This document shows, piece after piece, positions 9,719 to 19,419 of a stretch of 64,000 nucleotides of DNA. Both the position numbers and the translations under genes were made by a program. The DNA is from a virus (taxonomy: Duplodnaviria > Heunggongvirae > Uroviricota > Caudoviricetes). The stretch lies in IMG/VR virus record IMGVR_UViG_3300017705_000602. One strand, given 5' to 3'. Position 1 is the first letter of the stretch. Every line of letters starts with the position of its first letter. The notes below the pieces were generated by a model, which was not told the origin of the DNA, made no database searches, and worked only from the letters and a program-made list of their open reading frames with translations.

Positions 9719-11965
9719 ATGTCATCACCACAAGAATTATTCCAGCGCGTATTGTCTAACAGCATGGACATTCAGCGCAAGAAAAAAGTAATTTACTTGT
9801 CACCAGAAGTTTTTACACATGCTTTGCTTAAAGAAAAAATTGTAGCAGACATGGTTGCAGAATTAGGCGGCGACCCTAAGCTTGCTAAAGAAGAGCTCGA
9901 GAAAGAAATTGAGCAACAACCGCAAGCCGGCTTCGGTGGATCAAACGGCAAGATGTCGCAAACAATCGACTCTATTATTAAAAAGCAAACACTGATGCTA
10001 TCAACTGCCGAAGCGGCAGACTGTACAGAACGCGATGTATTATTTGCACTTGTACTTGACATCATTGATGCAGAGCTTGATGATAATCCAGCCAAAGACA
10101 TCTTAGCAAAGCACGGTGCAGACCGTGAAGCAGTTGATAACTACAGACGCGAAAATGGCGACGAAGCCGAGTCTATACTAGACAAGTACTGCGTCAACTT
10201 AAACACAGAATCAACCATGGGCAACATTGACCCGGTAATTGGTCGTGAAAGCGAAGTTAACGACACAGTTGAAATACTTGCACGCCGCAAGAAAAACAAC
10301 GTGGTGTTTGTTGGTGAACCTGGCGTAGGTAAAACTGCTATCGCCGAAGGTCTTGCACGCCAGATTGAAAAAGGCGAAGTGCCAGAAGCAATTGCTGACA
10401 TGGTGGTTTACTCACTTGATGTTGGTACACTTGTTGCAGGAACCAAATTCCGCGGTGAACTTGAAGAACGCTTTAAAAAGATTCTTAAAGAAGTTGAGAG
10501 CAAAGGCAACGTTATCATGTTTATCGATGAAATGCACATGATCATGGGCGCAGGCGCTACAAGCGGTGGCACCATGGACATTAGCAACATGCTCAAGCCA
10601 TCGTTAGCATCAGGCAAGATCAAGTTGGTCGGTGCTACTACAGAAGATGAGTTCACTGAACATCTTGAAAAAGATCGTGCGCTTATGCGTCGAGTTCAAA
10701 AGATTACTGTTAACGAGCCAAGTGTCGACGACACCAAGCGTATTGTTAAAGGCATCGTTAAATACTACACTGATTTCCACGGTGTTGAATATGCAGACAA
10801 CGTTGTTGATGTTGCTGTCGATTTAGCAGATCGTTACATGACACAGCGATTCTTTCCAGACAAAGCAATTGACATCATTGATGCAACAGGTGCAACGGCC
10901 AAGCTCGAAGACATTGACACAGTTGATGTCAACCGTGTTATTGGTGCAGTGTCGAAGATGTCGAATATTCCAGTTGACATGATTGATGTTAAAGAAAATG
11001 ACTTGGTTGCTTCATTGCCTGCTAAAATGCGTAACGAAGTGTTTGGGCAAGATCACGCAATTGAAGTACTGATCAATTCGATCATGATTGCAAAATCCGG
11101 ACTGCGCGATGGCAACAAGCCAATTGGTAACTTTTTGTTTGTTGGTCCAACTGGTACTGGTAAAACTCACATTTGTAAGCGACTAGCTGACAACATGGCT
11201 TCTAAGCTGGTACGTTTTGATATGTCGGAATATCAAGAACGTCACAGTGTATCAAAACTAATCGGTGCTCCTCCAGGTTACGTTGGGCACGGTGAAGGCA
11301 AGAACGGTGACGGTCAGTTGATTTACGAAGTACTGAACAATCCTAACTGTATCTTGTTGTTAGACGAAATTGAAAAAGCGGCACCTGAAGTTACGCAGAT
11401 ACTTTTACAAGTAATGGACGACGGTCGATTAACTTCGTCAAGCGGTAAAACAGTTGACTTCAGTAATGTTGTGTTAGTGCTAACATCAAACTTGGGTGCT
11501 GCCGATGCAGACAAACAAGGCATTGGTTTTGGTGCAACTGACTTTGATGCAACTGCAATCGACGAAGCAGTTAAAAAGTTCTTTCCACCAGAGTTCCGCA
11601 ATCGTGTTGATCATGTTGTACAATTCAACAAGCTTGAACAAGAGCAAGTTGAAACATTGGTCGATGTCGAAATGCAGAAACTGAACGCCCAGCTTGTTAA
11701 ACAGGGCGTTCAAGCAACCATGTCAAACGAAGCTCGTTCATGGCTTGCTAAAGAAGGCTACCAGCCAGCACTTGGTGCTCGTCCATTAGGAAGAGTGTTC
11801 CAAGAAAATGTTAAATTGCCAATCTCTAAAGAAATACTGTTTGGTGATTTAACAGGCGGTGGACTGGTACATGTTGACTTTGATGCAGAACAAGACAACA
11901 TTGTTGTTAATGTTACGCACCAAGGCACAACCATAGAGCTTGCTACTGCTGAAGTACCCGCTTAA
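9719..11965 (+). CDS. clpA: ClpA-like AAA+ unfoldase
   Basis: two NBDs ([16 protein letters not shown]), GAPPGYVG pore loop, IGF loop, no M domain. Confidence 0.9.
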   Translation: MSSPQELFQRVLSNSMDIQRKKKVIYLSPEVFTHALLKEKIVADMVAELGGDPKLAKEELEKEIEQQPQAGFGGSNGKMSQTIDSIIKKQTLMLSTAEAADCTERDVLFALVLDIIDAELDDNPAKDILAKHGADREAVDNYRRENGDEAESILDKYCVNLNTESTMGNIDPVIGRESEVNDTVEILARRKKNNVVFVGEPGVGKTAIAEGLARQIEKGEVPEAIADMVVYSLDVGTLVAGTKFRGELEERFKKILKEVESKGNVIMFIDEMHMIMGAGATSGGTMDISNMLKPSLASGKIKLVGATTEDEFTEHLEKDRALMRRVQKITVNEPSVDDTKRIVKGIVKYYTDFHGVEYADNVVDVAVDLADRYMTQRFFPDKAIDIIDATGATAKLEDIDTVDVNRVIGAVSKMSNIPVDMIDVKENDLVASLPAKMRNEVFGQDHAIEVLINSIMIAKSGLRDGNKPIGNFLFVGPTGTGKTHICKRLADNMASKLVRFDMSEYQERHSVSKLIGAPPGYVGHGEGKNGDGQLIYEVLNNPNCILLLDEIEKAAPEVTQILLQVMDDGRLTSSSGKTVDFSNVVLVLTSNLGAADADKQGIGFGATDFDATAIDEAVKKFFPPEFRNRVDHVVQFNKLEQEQVETLVDVEMQKLNAQLVKQGVQATMSNEARSWLAKEGYQPALGARPLGRVFQENVKLPISKEILFGDLTGGGLVHVDFDAEQDNIVVNVTHQGTTIELATAEVPA

Positions 11966-11990
11966 CGTAAAAGTTAAGCATCTGCTGAGA

Positions 11991-12027
11991 ATGGTGTACC
12001 TGTAAAAAGGGTACACCATTTTTTTTG
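11991..12027 (+). terminator. intrinsic terminator
   Basis: ATGGTGTACC..GGTACACCAT plus T-run. Confidence 0.85.
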
Positions 12028-12062
12028 ATAAATACAATAAAATTATTGTATGAGGAATATCA

Positions 12063-12524
12063 ATGAGCGGATCACGCACGTCAGTTATCATGCTGACAAA
12101 CACCAAGAAGGAGATGGAAGTAACAGGTCCTCGTATCAAAGGAGACAGTTACTTTGGCTACACCGATGGCGTACATACAATACAATTAAAGTATTTGAAC
12201 TTTACAGGCGGTTTTGGACTACAAGGTACACTTGCACTTGATCCACAAGACGAAGATTGGTTCTGGATCGATTTACCGGGCATTGAAGATTTCAATGCAG
12301 TGCCGTACTTGATGTACCCGAAAGACCCACTTAGTCCTACTGGCGATGATTCAATTGAGTCAAACTTTATTGGCGACTCTGGCACCGAAGCATTTACATT
12401 TAAAGGAAACTTCACTTACCTAAGAGCAGTTGTGACACGCGAGTATATCGATCCTGCTCCAGTTCAGCCCTCGGATGGTACTTGGTACTTAGGGCAAATA
12501 GATAATGTTCTATTATGTATATAA
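12063..12524 (+). CDS. hypothetical (possible virion) protein
   Basis: GAGGA SD, GATAAATA late-type motif upstream. Confidence 0.65.
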   Translation: MSGSRTSVIMLTNTKKEMEVTGPRIKGDSYFGYTDGVHTIQLKYLNFTGGFGLQGTLALDPQDEDWFWIDLPGIEDFNAVPYLMYPKDPLSPTGDDSIESNFIGDSGTEAFTFKGNFTYLRAVVTREYIDPAPVQPSDGTWYLGQIDNVLLCI

Positions 12525-12533
12525 AGGAAGGTA

Positions 12534-12905
12534 ATGGGTGCTAAACTACCGGATGCTTGGAAACTTTTAGCTGTCACAGTATACTTGATCATATGTTTGT
12601 TTGACTTTTGGTTGATGCCAGTGTATCGGACACATCTAAACCAGCAATTCATTAACAATGCGGCTACCACTGTACAGGCAGAAAACCGGGCATACATACT
12701 TGAAGTCATTGATCGTGTAAAACTAGAAAAATGGGTTCCTGTTACTACCACTGGTATAGGAGGAGTTATATTCCACCTTTCGTTCGGTGTAATGATGACA
12801 GGGTCAGCACTGACCAGGCGCACATGGACTATATCATCGTCAGGCGGAATATCTTCGTCACCAAAAGATGATGACCAAGAAAAGATAGACAACAAGGAAA
12901 AATAA
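12534..12905 (+). CDS. membrane protein, possible holin (GTA 3TM holin-like)
   Basis: YLIICLFDF...W.P.T...G.IFHLSFG..TG.A..R pattern with hydrophobic segments. Confidence 0.55.
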   Translation: MGAKLPDAWKLLAVTVYLIICLFDFWLMPVYRTHLNQQFINNAATTVQAENRAYILEVIDRVKLEKWVPVTTTGIGGVIFHLSFGVMMTGSALTRRTWTISSSGGISSSPKDDDQEKIDNKEK

Positions 12906-12909
12906 TAGT

Positions 12910-13575
12910 ATGCTTATACAAATGGACAAGGATACTATTATGGAAAAGAAAACTGTTGTTTTTTGCTTTGGTCGCATGCAGCCTGTAACACGAGGTCATG
13001 AAAAAATGGTCTCGCGTGTTCTATCTGAAGCAAAGTCTCATCAAGCCGATCATGTTGTATTTTTATCGCAAACACAAAATTTGCCTGACAACCCACTAGA
13101 TTGGAACACCAAGCGAAACTTTGCAAGAGCCAGCTTTCCAGGCGTTTGTATATCCGACGACACTGCAATCAAGACTCCGTACCAAGCACTAGAAAAATTA
13201 GCAGAGCAATATGAAAATATTATCTTTGTGTGCGGCAGCGATCGTGTTAAGCAGTTTTCTTCTATGAGTGACTATGCTAAAGAGTGGGGTGTAAAGTCTT
13301 TTGTTGCAGAGTCAGCAGGCGCACGTAACAGCGATATAAACACAGTTGCAGGTGTTAGCGGATCTGTTGCCCGAGAGGCCGCAAAAAACAACGATTTTAG
13401 TACTTTTTTACAGTGCATGCCCGGTCGTATAAGTCGCAAGCAAGCAATAACAATGTTTAAAAAGTTACAGTCAGAACTAGGCATCGAAGAGAGCCCCGAA
13501 GAACTAAATAAAGAGGCAGATGATTATCGTCAAGGATCTTTGCGTGGCGAATTCATTTATTCAGGTTGGGGTTAA
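12910..13575 (+). CDS. HxGH nucleotidyltransferase (cytidylyltransferase-like)
   Basis: FGRMQPVTRGH, VCGSDR, SGSVARE. Confidence 0.85.
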   Translation: MLIQMDKDTIMEKKTVVFCFGRMQPVTRGHEKMVSRVLSEAKSHQADHVVFLSQTQNLPDNPLDWNTKRNFARASFPGVCISDDTAIKTPYQALEKLAEQYENIIFVCGSDRVKQFSSMSDYAKEWGVKSFVAESAGARNSDINTVAGVSGSVAREAAKNNDFSTFLQCMPGRISRKQAITMFKKLQSELGIEESPEELNKEADDYRQGSLRGEFIYSGWG

Positions 13576-13576
13576 T

Positions 13577-13876
13577 ATGAAAATTGCAGATATTACTCGC
13601 GAGCTTTCTGCACGCGATGTTATAGAGTTTAAAGAGTTATTTAATAGTCCGATTCAATTGAGTCAGGCAAAGCAAGTGTTATCACCATTTATTGTTGACC
13701 AAGACTTGTTTTCAATTATCGACAACGAGTTAAACGTTGTCGGAGACAAAGACGGGCGTGATTTGATTGTCAGTTGGCTAAAACAAAATATGCCAGAGTT
13801 GTTCGAAGAACCTTTCGAACCAGCACCTGCTTACGAATCCCCTATTTCTTCCCACCCTGACATCACAGGTGAATAA
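13577..13876 (+). CDS. hypothetical protein
   Basis: ATG after previous stop. Confidence 0.65.
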   Translation: MKIADITRELSARDVIEFKELFNSPIQLSQAKQVLSPFIVDQDLFSIIDNELNVVGDKDGRDLIVSWLKQNMPELFEEPFEPAPAYESPISSHPDITGE

Positions 13877-13878
13877 TT

Positions 13879-14271
13879 ATGCAAAAATATGTAGTTGGGT
13901 TCTGCTTTAGTGTAGACCATACGCATGTAGCTATCATGTTAAAGAATCGTCCCGAATACCAAGCAGGACTTTACAATGGGCTTGGCGGCAAAGTTGAGCC
14001 GGGCGAAGAATCGCACAAAACAATGAGCCGTGAATTCGAAGAAGAAACCGGAGTTTATATTTGGGGTAATAACTGGAAACACGTTGGTGTAAAAACTGAC
14101 GACCAAGATTATTACATCGATATATACTACGCACGCACCGACTGCGTGTACAATTGTAAAACTGTTGAGGACGAAGAAGTTGTTATTGCTAAAACAGCAG
14201 ACATTGACAACTACGAATTTTTCGACGATGCTAAAGAAATAATCAAGCATCTTGATAAAGAATTTGCTTGA
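13879..14271 (+). CDS. Nudix hydrolase
   Basis: GGKVEPGE-x7-REFEEETG Nudix box. Confidence 0.92.
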   Translation: MQKYVVGFCFSVDHTHVAIMLKNRPEYQAGLYNGLGGKVEPGEESHKTMSREFEEETGVYIWGNNWKHVGVKTDDQDYYIDIYYARTDCVYNCKTVEDEEVVIAKTADIDNYEFFDDAKEIIKHLDKEFA

Positions 14272-14296
14272 CAAACTGTTTCCACTCTGCTAAACT
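14268..14296 (+). promoter_or_regulatory. sigma70-type promoter
   Basis: TTGACA-17-TAAACT with extended TG. Confidence 0.7.
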
Positions 14297-14342
14297 ACAG
14301 ACCACAGGTAAAGAATACCGAACATAATCACAAGGAGTGTAC

Positions 14343-14618
14343 ATGTCTGAAGAACGAGAATACAACCGTAAGGGCTTTACGGGCGAAGATATTATTCGCA
14401 TTAAACAGCTCATCAGCGAAGGCTGCCAAGTCAATCAAGAAATTGATGACCTTAAAGAAGGCCTACGCGATACAGTAAAAGCAATTGCCGAAGAAATTGA
14501 TGTTAAACCTAGTCAATTGAACCGCGCGATTCGTATTGCGCATAAGCAAAATTTACACGAAGAAAGAGATGCACTCGACGAAGTCGAAGATATACTCGAC
14601 GCCGCTGGCAAGAAGTAA
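14343..14618 (+). CDS. dsDNA-binding protein (T4 DsbA/GapR-like)
   Basis: EIDDLKEGLRDTVKAIAEE...LNRAIRIAHK helical pattern, upstream of polymerase. Confidence 0.6.
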   Translation: MSEEREYNRKGFTGEDIIRIKQLISEGCQVNQEIDDLKEGLRDTVKAIAEEIDVKPSQLNRAIRIAHKQNLHEERDALDEVEDILDAAGKK

Positions 14619-15443
14619 TTATTTCTGTTTACAGTTGCTAAAATGCCAGCGTTTCATCGAATTTCCTTTTCCGGTTTTCCCGCAATAAGGGCAAGTTTGT
14701 TCAACACTGGCATGCGCTGAACAGTTTGGGTTATTACTAAGTTTTGCTTTTTGTTCGTCGGATAGCGGTGTTTTCTTTACACCTCGGTTAGCATCAGCAA
14801 TCTTTTTTATATGCTCGGTACTTTTTATTTTTCCTTTAAGCGATTTACTAATCTTTTGTTTATGTTCTTCGCGCATTGGTCCGTAGGAATTACCGAGCTT
14901 ACCCTTACTAATATTAGCCGAATGCTCGGGTGTTTTCTTTACACCTGTCATTGAAGTGCTAATCTTTTGTTTATGTTCATTGCTAACTGAGTTACCTTTA
15001 TTAGCACTACTGATCTTATGCTTTACTTCATCCGTAAGTAAACGCCCGGAAAGAGTTTTGCTAATTTTATCGCGTACCTCTTGAGAACGAGGTATACCTT
15101 TAAACAACGACGGCTTCCCGTACATAGGATTGTTTTTACCGCTGTTGGCTTGAGAAAAGTCTTCTTTTAATCTCTGATAAGTGCGACTTGATATTTTTAG
15201 GCCTTCGCGTGTATGCGACATAATCCAGATTGCATAAAGCATAGATTTGTCATTATGTATTTTATAAAGTAATCTATGTGCAATATAATGTTCGCGAGGT
15301 GTTAGTCTAACTAAGTTTTCTTTTTCGTTAGTACCACCGTGCGAAACAGGAACTATATGATGTACTTCGGAGACTTCGGTTTCTAACAACTCAGATTTTT
15401 TGCGATGCTGTATAAGTTTATTGTAAATAGAACTATAATTCAT
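14619..15443 (-). mobile_element. free-standing HNH homing endonuclease with multiple NUMOD3 repeats
   Basis: EVHHIVPVSHGG..ENLVRLTPREHYIAH; several EHKQKIS-type repeats; likely start MNYSSIY at 15443. Confidence 0.9.
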
Positions 15444-15507
15444 AACCTTGTTTACCTGTCTTGGTTTTATATTATTTATCGACAGGTAAATTAAAAAAGG
15501 ATATTTA

Positions 15508-18429
15508 ATGTACATTGATGCTCTACACTTAAGAAAAGAAGAAGTTGTTCGTGTAGTGGAACGTGTTAACGGTGAACGCATTGTAAAGGAATACCAACCA
15601 GATTGGCACTTTTATATCGATGATCCACGCGGAACACACAAAACCATACACGGCAAACCAGTAAAGCTTATTTCACCAAGCAACCACACTGAACGTGCAA
15701 AAATGCTCAATCAGTTTTCTGGCGCCAAGTACGAGTCAGATGTTAACATTGTTATGCGATGCCTCGAGAATGAATATCTTAATTGCAACGAACCTAACTT
15801 GCATGTTGCGTTTTTCGATATCGAGGTTGACTTCGACAAAGATAACGGTTACTCCGAACCTGCAGATGCACTGACACCGATCACTTCAATTGCTGTATAT
15901 ATGCAATGGCTTGATCAAATGGTGTGTTTAGCAGTACCGCCTAAAGGTTTGTCAATCGACGAAGCAACTCAGATTGCACACGAAGTTGGCGACACAATCA
16001 TTTTCGAAAATGAAAAAGAATTGCTCAAAGTGTTTCTTGAACTGATCGAAGATGCCGATGTATTAAGCGGCTGGAACTCAGAAGCATACGATATACCATA
16101 CACTGTGCATCGTATCATAAAACAACTTGGCAGACAAGAAATTCGCAAACTGTGCTTGTGGGATGAAAAGCCCAAGCTTAGAAAGTTTGAGCGAGGCTCA
16201 AAAGAGTTGCCAACATATGACTTGATTGGTCGCGTTCATCTCGACTACATGCAGTTATACAAAAAATACAACTACGAAGAACGTCACAGTTATGCACTGA
16301 ACGCAATTGCCGAAGCCGAACTAAACGAACAAAAAGTCGATTACCCAGGCACACTGGATCAGCTTTACAACAACGACTTTAAAAAGTTTTTGCAATACAA
16401 CATACAAGATACCATGCTGTTACATCGCTTAGATGTAAAGCTACAGTACATTGACTTGTGTAGCACGATTGCACATGCTAACTGTGTGTTGATGCCTACT
16501 ACAATGGGCACAGTTGCAATGATTGACCAAGCGGCTATTATTGAAGCACATCAACGAGGTTTAGTTGTTCCGAACAAGGTTAGACACGACGGTGATGTTA
16601 GAGCCGCAGGTGGCTGGGTAGCAACGCCTAAAAAGGGCATGCAAAAATGGGTTGGCTCTGCCGATTTGAACTCTCTGTATCCATCTGTTATACGTGCGCT
16701 CAACATGAGTCCGGAAACAATTATCGGGCAACTTGACTTGAGCGGAACAGAAGAAGCCATTAACCAGTACGAAGCAGAAGCCAAGCGACACACATTTGCA
16801 ATGTGGTGGAACGATAGATTCTGTCCACTTGAGATGGAATACTTTTTCGAAAACAATCGAGAACAAAAGTTAAGATTGCGATTCGAGAATGGCGACACTT
16901 ATACTGTTACTGGCGCTGAACTGAGACAGCTTATATTCGAAGGTGGCAAACCTTGGGCAATATCTGCAAACGGTACTATTTTTAGAACTGATGCCGAAGG
17001 TGTTATTCCTGGGCTGTTAAGCCGCTGGTACTCCGAACGTAAGTTTCTAAAAAGCTTTGGTGCGGCATACAACTTGGTTAAACTTAACGAAAAGGAAAAA
17101 GGCTTTAATATTCCTAAGGAGTTGTTTACCAACGATGACATTGACGACAGTGTAGCAAAAGCCGATCCTTACTTGGCAACCGAAGCTTTACAGATCAAGG
17201 TGTTTTCGAAACTGATCGAACAAGGCGATCGTGACGAACTTGTGGCGTACATGAATCGACAAAATCTTGAAGTTGACGAAAATGGCAAAGCACATTATCG
17301 AAAACAACAAGACATTGAAGATATACTTGCGTTCTGGGACAAACGACAGTTGGTTAAAAAGATTAACTTGAACTCAGCGTATGGAGCACTATTGAACGCA
17401 GGCTCAAGATTCTTTGACCAAAGAATTGGACAATCAACTACGCTTACTGGACGTAACATCACCAAGCACATGGCGGCAAAAACAAACGAAATGCTAACAG
17501 GTGTGTATGATCATTACGGCGAATGCTGTATTTACGGTGACACTGACTCCACGTACTACAGCGCATATCCTGCACTCAAAGAAGACATTGAGTCCGGTAA
17601 TCTTGAATGGAACAAAGAAACTGCAATTGAAGTGTACAACACAATTTCGGATCAAGTTAGTGATACATTCCCGGAATTCATGAAAGACACGTTTAATATC
17701 CCACTAGAACAATCTACTGGTGTTATTGTGTCGGCTCGTGAGATAGTTGCAGAATCGGCCTTATTCATTAAGAAAAAACGCTATGCGGCACTGGTTTACG
17801 ACGATGAAGGTAAACGTAAAGATATCAACGGCAGCATCGGTAAAGTTAAAGCAATGGGCCTTGACTTGAGACGTTCTGATACACCGCGCTTTGTGCAAAA
17901 GTTCTTGATGGACATACTGACTGAAACTTTGCTTTACAAAGGCGAAGACCATGTAATTGGTATGATCAAAGAATTCAAAGAAGAGTTCGATGCCATGAAG
18001 CCGTGGGAAAAAGGCACGCCTAAAGCTGTAAACGGTTTAACCAAGTACAAAGACAGACGTGATGTTGCACTGGCAGCAAAAATGCAAGGACAGAAGGTGC
18101 AGTTGACTATACCAGGTCACGTAACTGCAAGCATGAACTGGAACTTGCTTAGAAAAGTAAACAATGATCATCACACCGGTCCTATTATAGATGGTCAAAA
18201 GATCATTGTTTGTAAGCTAAAAGAAACAGCTGACAATGTAATGAAGTCTGTTGCTTACCCGATCGACGAAGCGCATTTGCCGGACTGGTTCTTGGAGTTA
18301 CCGTTTGACGAAGAAGCAATGCGTGAAGCTATTGTTGATCAAAAGGTAAGAAACTTGCTAGGCGTGTTACCGTGGGACTTAACCAAAGCATCAAAGCAAG
18401 CCGCACACTTTGATTCATTGTTTGGGTAA
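15508..18429 (+). CDS. Family B DNA polymerase
   Basis: ExoI FDIE, ExoIII YNIQD, DLNSLYPS, KINLNSAYG, YGDTDS, KKRY. Confidence 0.97.
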   Translation: MYIDALHLRKEEVVRVVERVNGERIVKEYQPDWHFYIDDPRGTHKTIHGKPVKLISPSNHTERAKMLNQFSGAKYESDVNIVMRCLENEYLNCNEPNLHVAFFDIEVDFDKDNGYSEPADALTPITSIAVYMQWLDQMVCLAVPPKGLSIDEATQIAHEVGDTIIFENEKELLKVFLELIEDADVLSGWNSEAYDIPYTVHRIIKQLGRQEIRKLCLWDEKPKLRKFERGSKELPTYDLIGRVHLDYMQLYKKYNYEERHSYALNAIAEAELNEQKVDYPGTLDQLYNNDFKKFLQYNIQDTMLLHRLDVKLQYIDLCSTIAHANCVLMPTTMGTVAMIDQAAIIEAHQRGLVVPNKVRHDGDVRAAGGWVATPKKGMQKWVGSADLNSLYPSVIRALNMSPETIIGQLDLSGTEEAINQYEAEAKRHTFAMWWNDRFCPLEMEYFFENNREQKLRLRFENGDTYTVTGAELRQLIFEGGKPWAISANGTIFRTDAEGVIPGLLSRWYSERKFLKSFGAAYNLVKLNEKEKGFNIPKELFTNDDIDDSVAKADPYLATEALQIKVFSKLIEQGDRDELVAYMNRQNLEVDENGKAHYRKQQDIEDILAFWDKRQLVKKINLNSAYGALLNAGSRFFDQRIGQSTTLTGRNITKHMAAKTNEMLTGVYDHYGECCIYGDTDSTYYSAYPALKEDIESGNLEWNKETAIEVYNTISDQVSDTFPEFMKDTFNIPLEQSTGVIVSAREIVAESALFIKKKRYAALVYDDEGKRKDINGSIGKVKAMGLDLRRSDTPRFVQKFLMDILTETLLYKGEDHVIGMIKEFKEEFDAMKPWEKGTPKAVNGLTKYKDRRDVALAAKMQGQKVQLTIPGHVTASMNWNLLRKVNNDHHTGPIIDGQKIIVCKLKETADNVMKSVAYPIDEAHLPDWFLELPFDEEAMREAIVDQKVRNLLGVLPWDLTKASKQAAHFDSLFG

Positions 18430-18431
18430 CA

Positions 18432-18575
18432 ATGAAAACACACTGCACATATACAAAACAATACAAAGGTGACCGAAAGCCAACATGCGGCTGCCGTTAC
18501 TGCAAATTAATCTGGGAATATAAAGAGAGCAGGCGCAAGGTTTCACGGCACTTGCCGTCTGGTCCGATTTGTTAA
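18432..18575 (+). CDS. small Cys-rich protein (47 aa, not in ORF track)
   Basis: MKTHC...KPTCGCRYCKLIW; ATG 2 nt after pol stop. Confidence 0.55.
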   Translation: MKTHCTYTKQYKGDRKPTCGCRYCKLIWEYKESRRKVSRHLPSGPIC

Positions 18576-18583
18576 AATAATGC

Positions 18584-18612
18584 TTGACATTCGAACACAA
18601 CCTTGCTATAAT
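18584..18612 (+). promoter_or_regulatory. sigma70-type promoter
   Basis: TTGACA-17-TATAAT, TGn. Confidence 0.85.
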
Positions 18613-18640
18613 ACCCCTAAAATCGTAAAAGGAATTACAA

Positions 18641-19387
18641 ATGGTTTTTAATACCCTATCAGATATAGTAAAACACACACATGCCTTAGGCTTCATTGAA
18701 GCAGTTAAAGTTAAAGGTGACGAGGAATCGGTTATAATCGAGGCCATGGAAGAAAATCGCGCAGTTGTTTTAACAGGCGTTATCAACAAGCCAATTGAGA
18801 ACTTGGTTGGCACAGTTGGTTTATCGCGCATGGGCGTTCTTGCAGGTTACCTGGGCTTTGATCGATTCAATTCAAAAGATGCTACAGTAACAATTGAATC
18901 ACGAGACAGAGGCGGAATCGAAACTCCTGCAGAAGTATCGTTTGATTCCGGTTCTGGTCACTCTGGACAGTATCGATTCATGGCAGCTGAAGTTGCCGAA
19001 GAACAAATACAAGTGCCGCCGTTTAAAGGTGCCGAGTGGAAAGTTACAGTTGAACCGTCGTCGCAAGGTATCACAGACTTGTCAACAATGAACAACATTC
19101 TTGGCAGTTACGAAGACTCGTTTATTGCAAAAACAAACAACGGTAACCTTGAGTTCCATATTGGTTCGGGTTCAACTGACAGATCAAAAATAACATTTGC
19201 AAAAAACATCAGTGGCACATTGACTCACGCTTGGCGCTTTCCAGTAACACACTTTTTGGCAATCATGAAGTTGCACAAAAGTTCTGAGTTTACTCGCGTA
19301 AGCTTTAGTGATCAAGGCGCACTTAAAATCGAAGTAAACTCCGGTATCGGTACTTACACTTACATCCTTCCTGCAAGAGCTAGCTAG
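18641..19387 (+). CDS. probable sliding clamp (T4 gp45/PCNA-like)
   Basis: 248 aa, alpha/beta pattern, next to polymerase, ends YTYILPA; clamp loader present in window. Confidence 0.65.
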   Translation: MVFNTLSDIVKHTHALGFIEAVKVKGDEESVIIEAMEENRAVVLTGVINKPIENLVGTVGLSRMGVLAGYLGFDRFNSKDATVTIESRDRGGIETPAEVSFDSGSGHSGQYRFMAAEVAEEQIQVPPFKGAEWKVTVEPSSQGITDLSTMNNILGSYEDSFIAKTNNGNLEFHIGSGSTDRSKITFAKNISGTLTHAWRFPVTHFLAIMKLHKSSEFTRVSFSDQGALKIEVNSGIGTYTYILPARAS

Positions 19388-19419
19388 ACATCTGTCTAGC
19401 TTTACTCCAAGAGGTTTAA

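Noticed and set aside
15444-15581. N-terminal extension of the HNH overlapping polB
   Set aside because: A better ATG at 15443 follows the late motif; the extension is antisense to the polymerase.
17050-17335. Intein in PolB
   Set aside because: No Cys/Ser start with His-Asn end and no splicing blocks.
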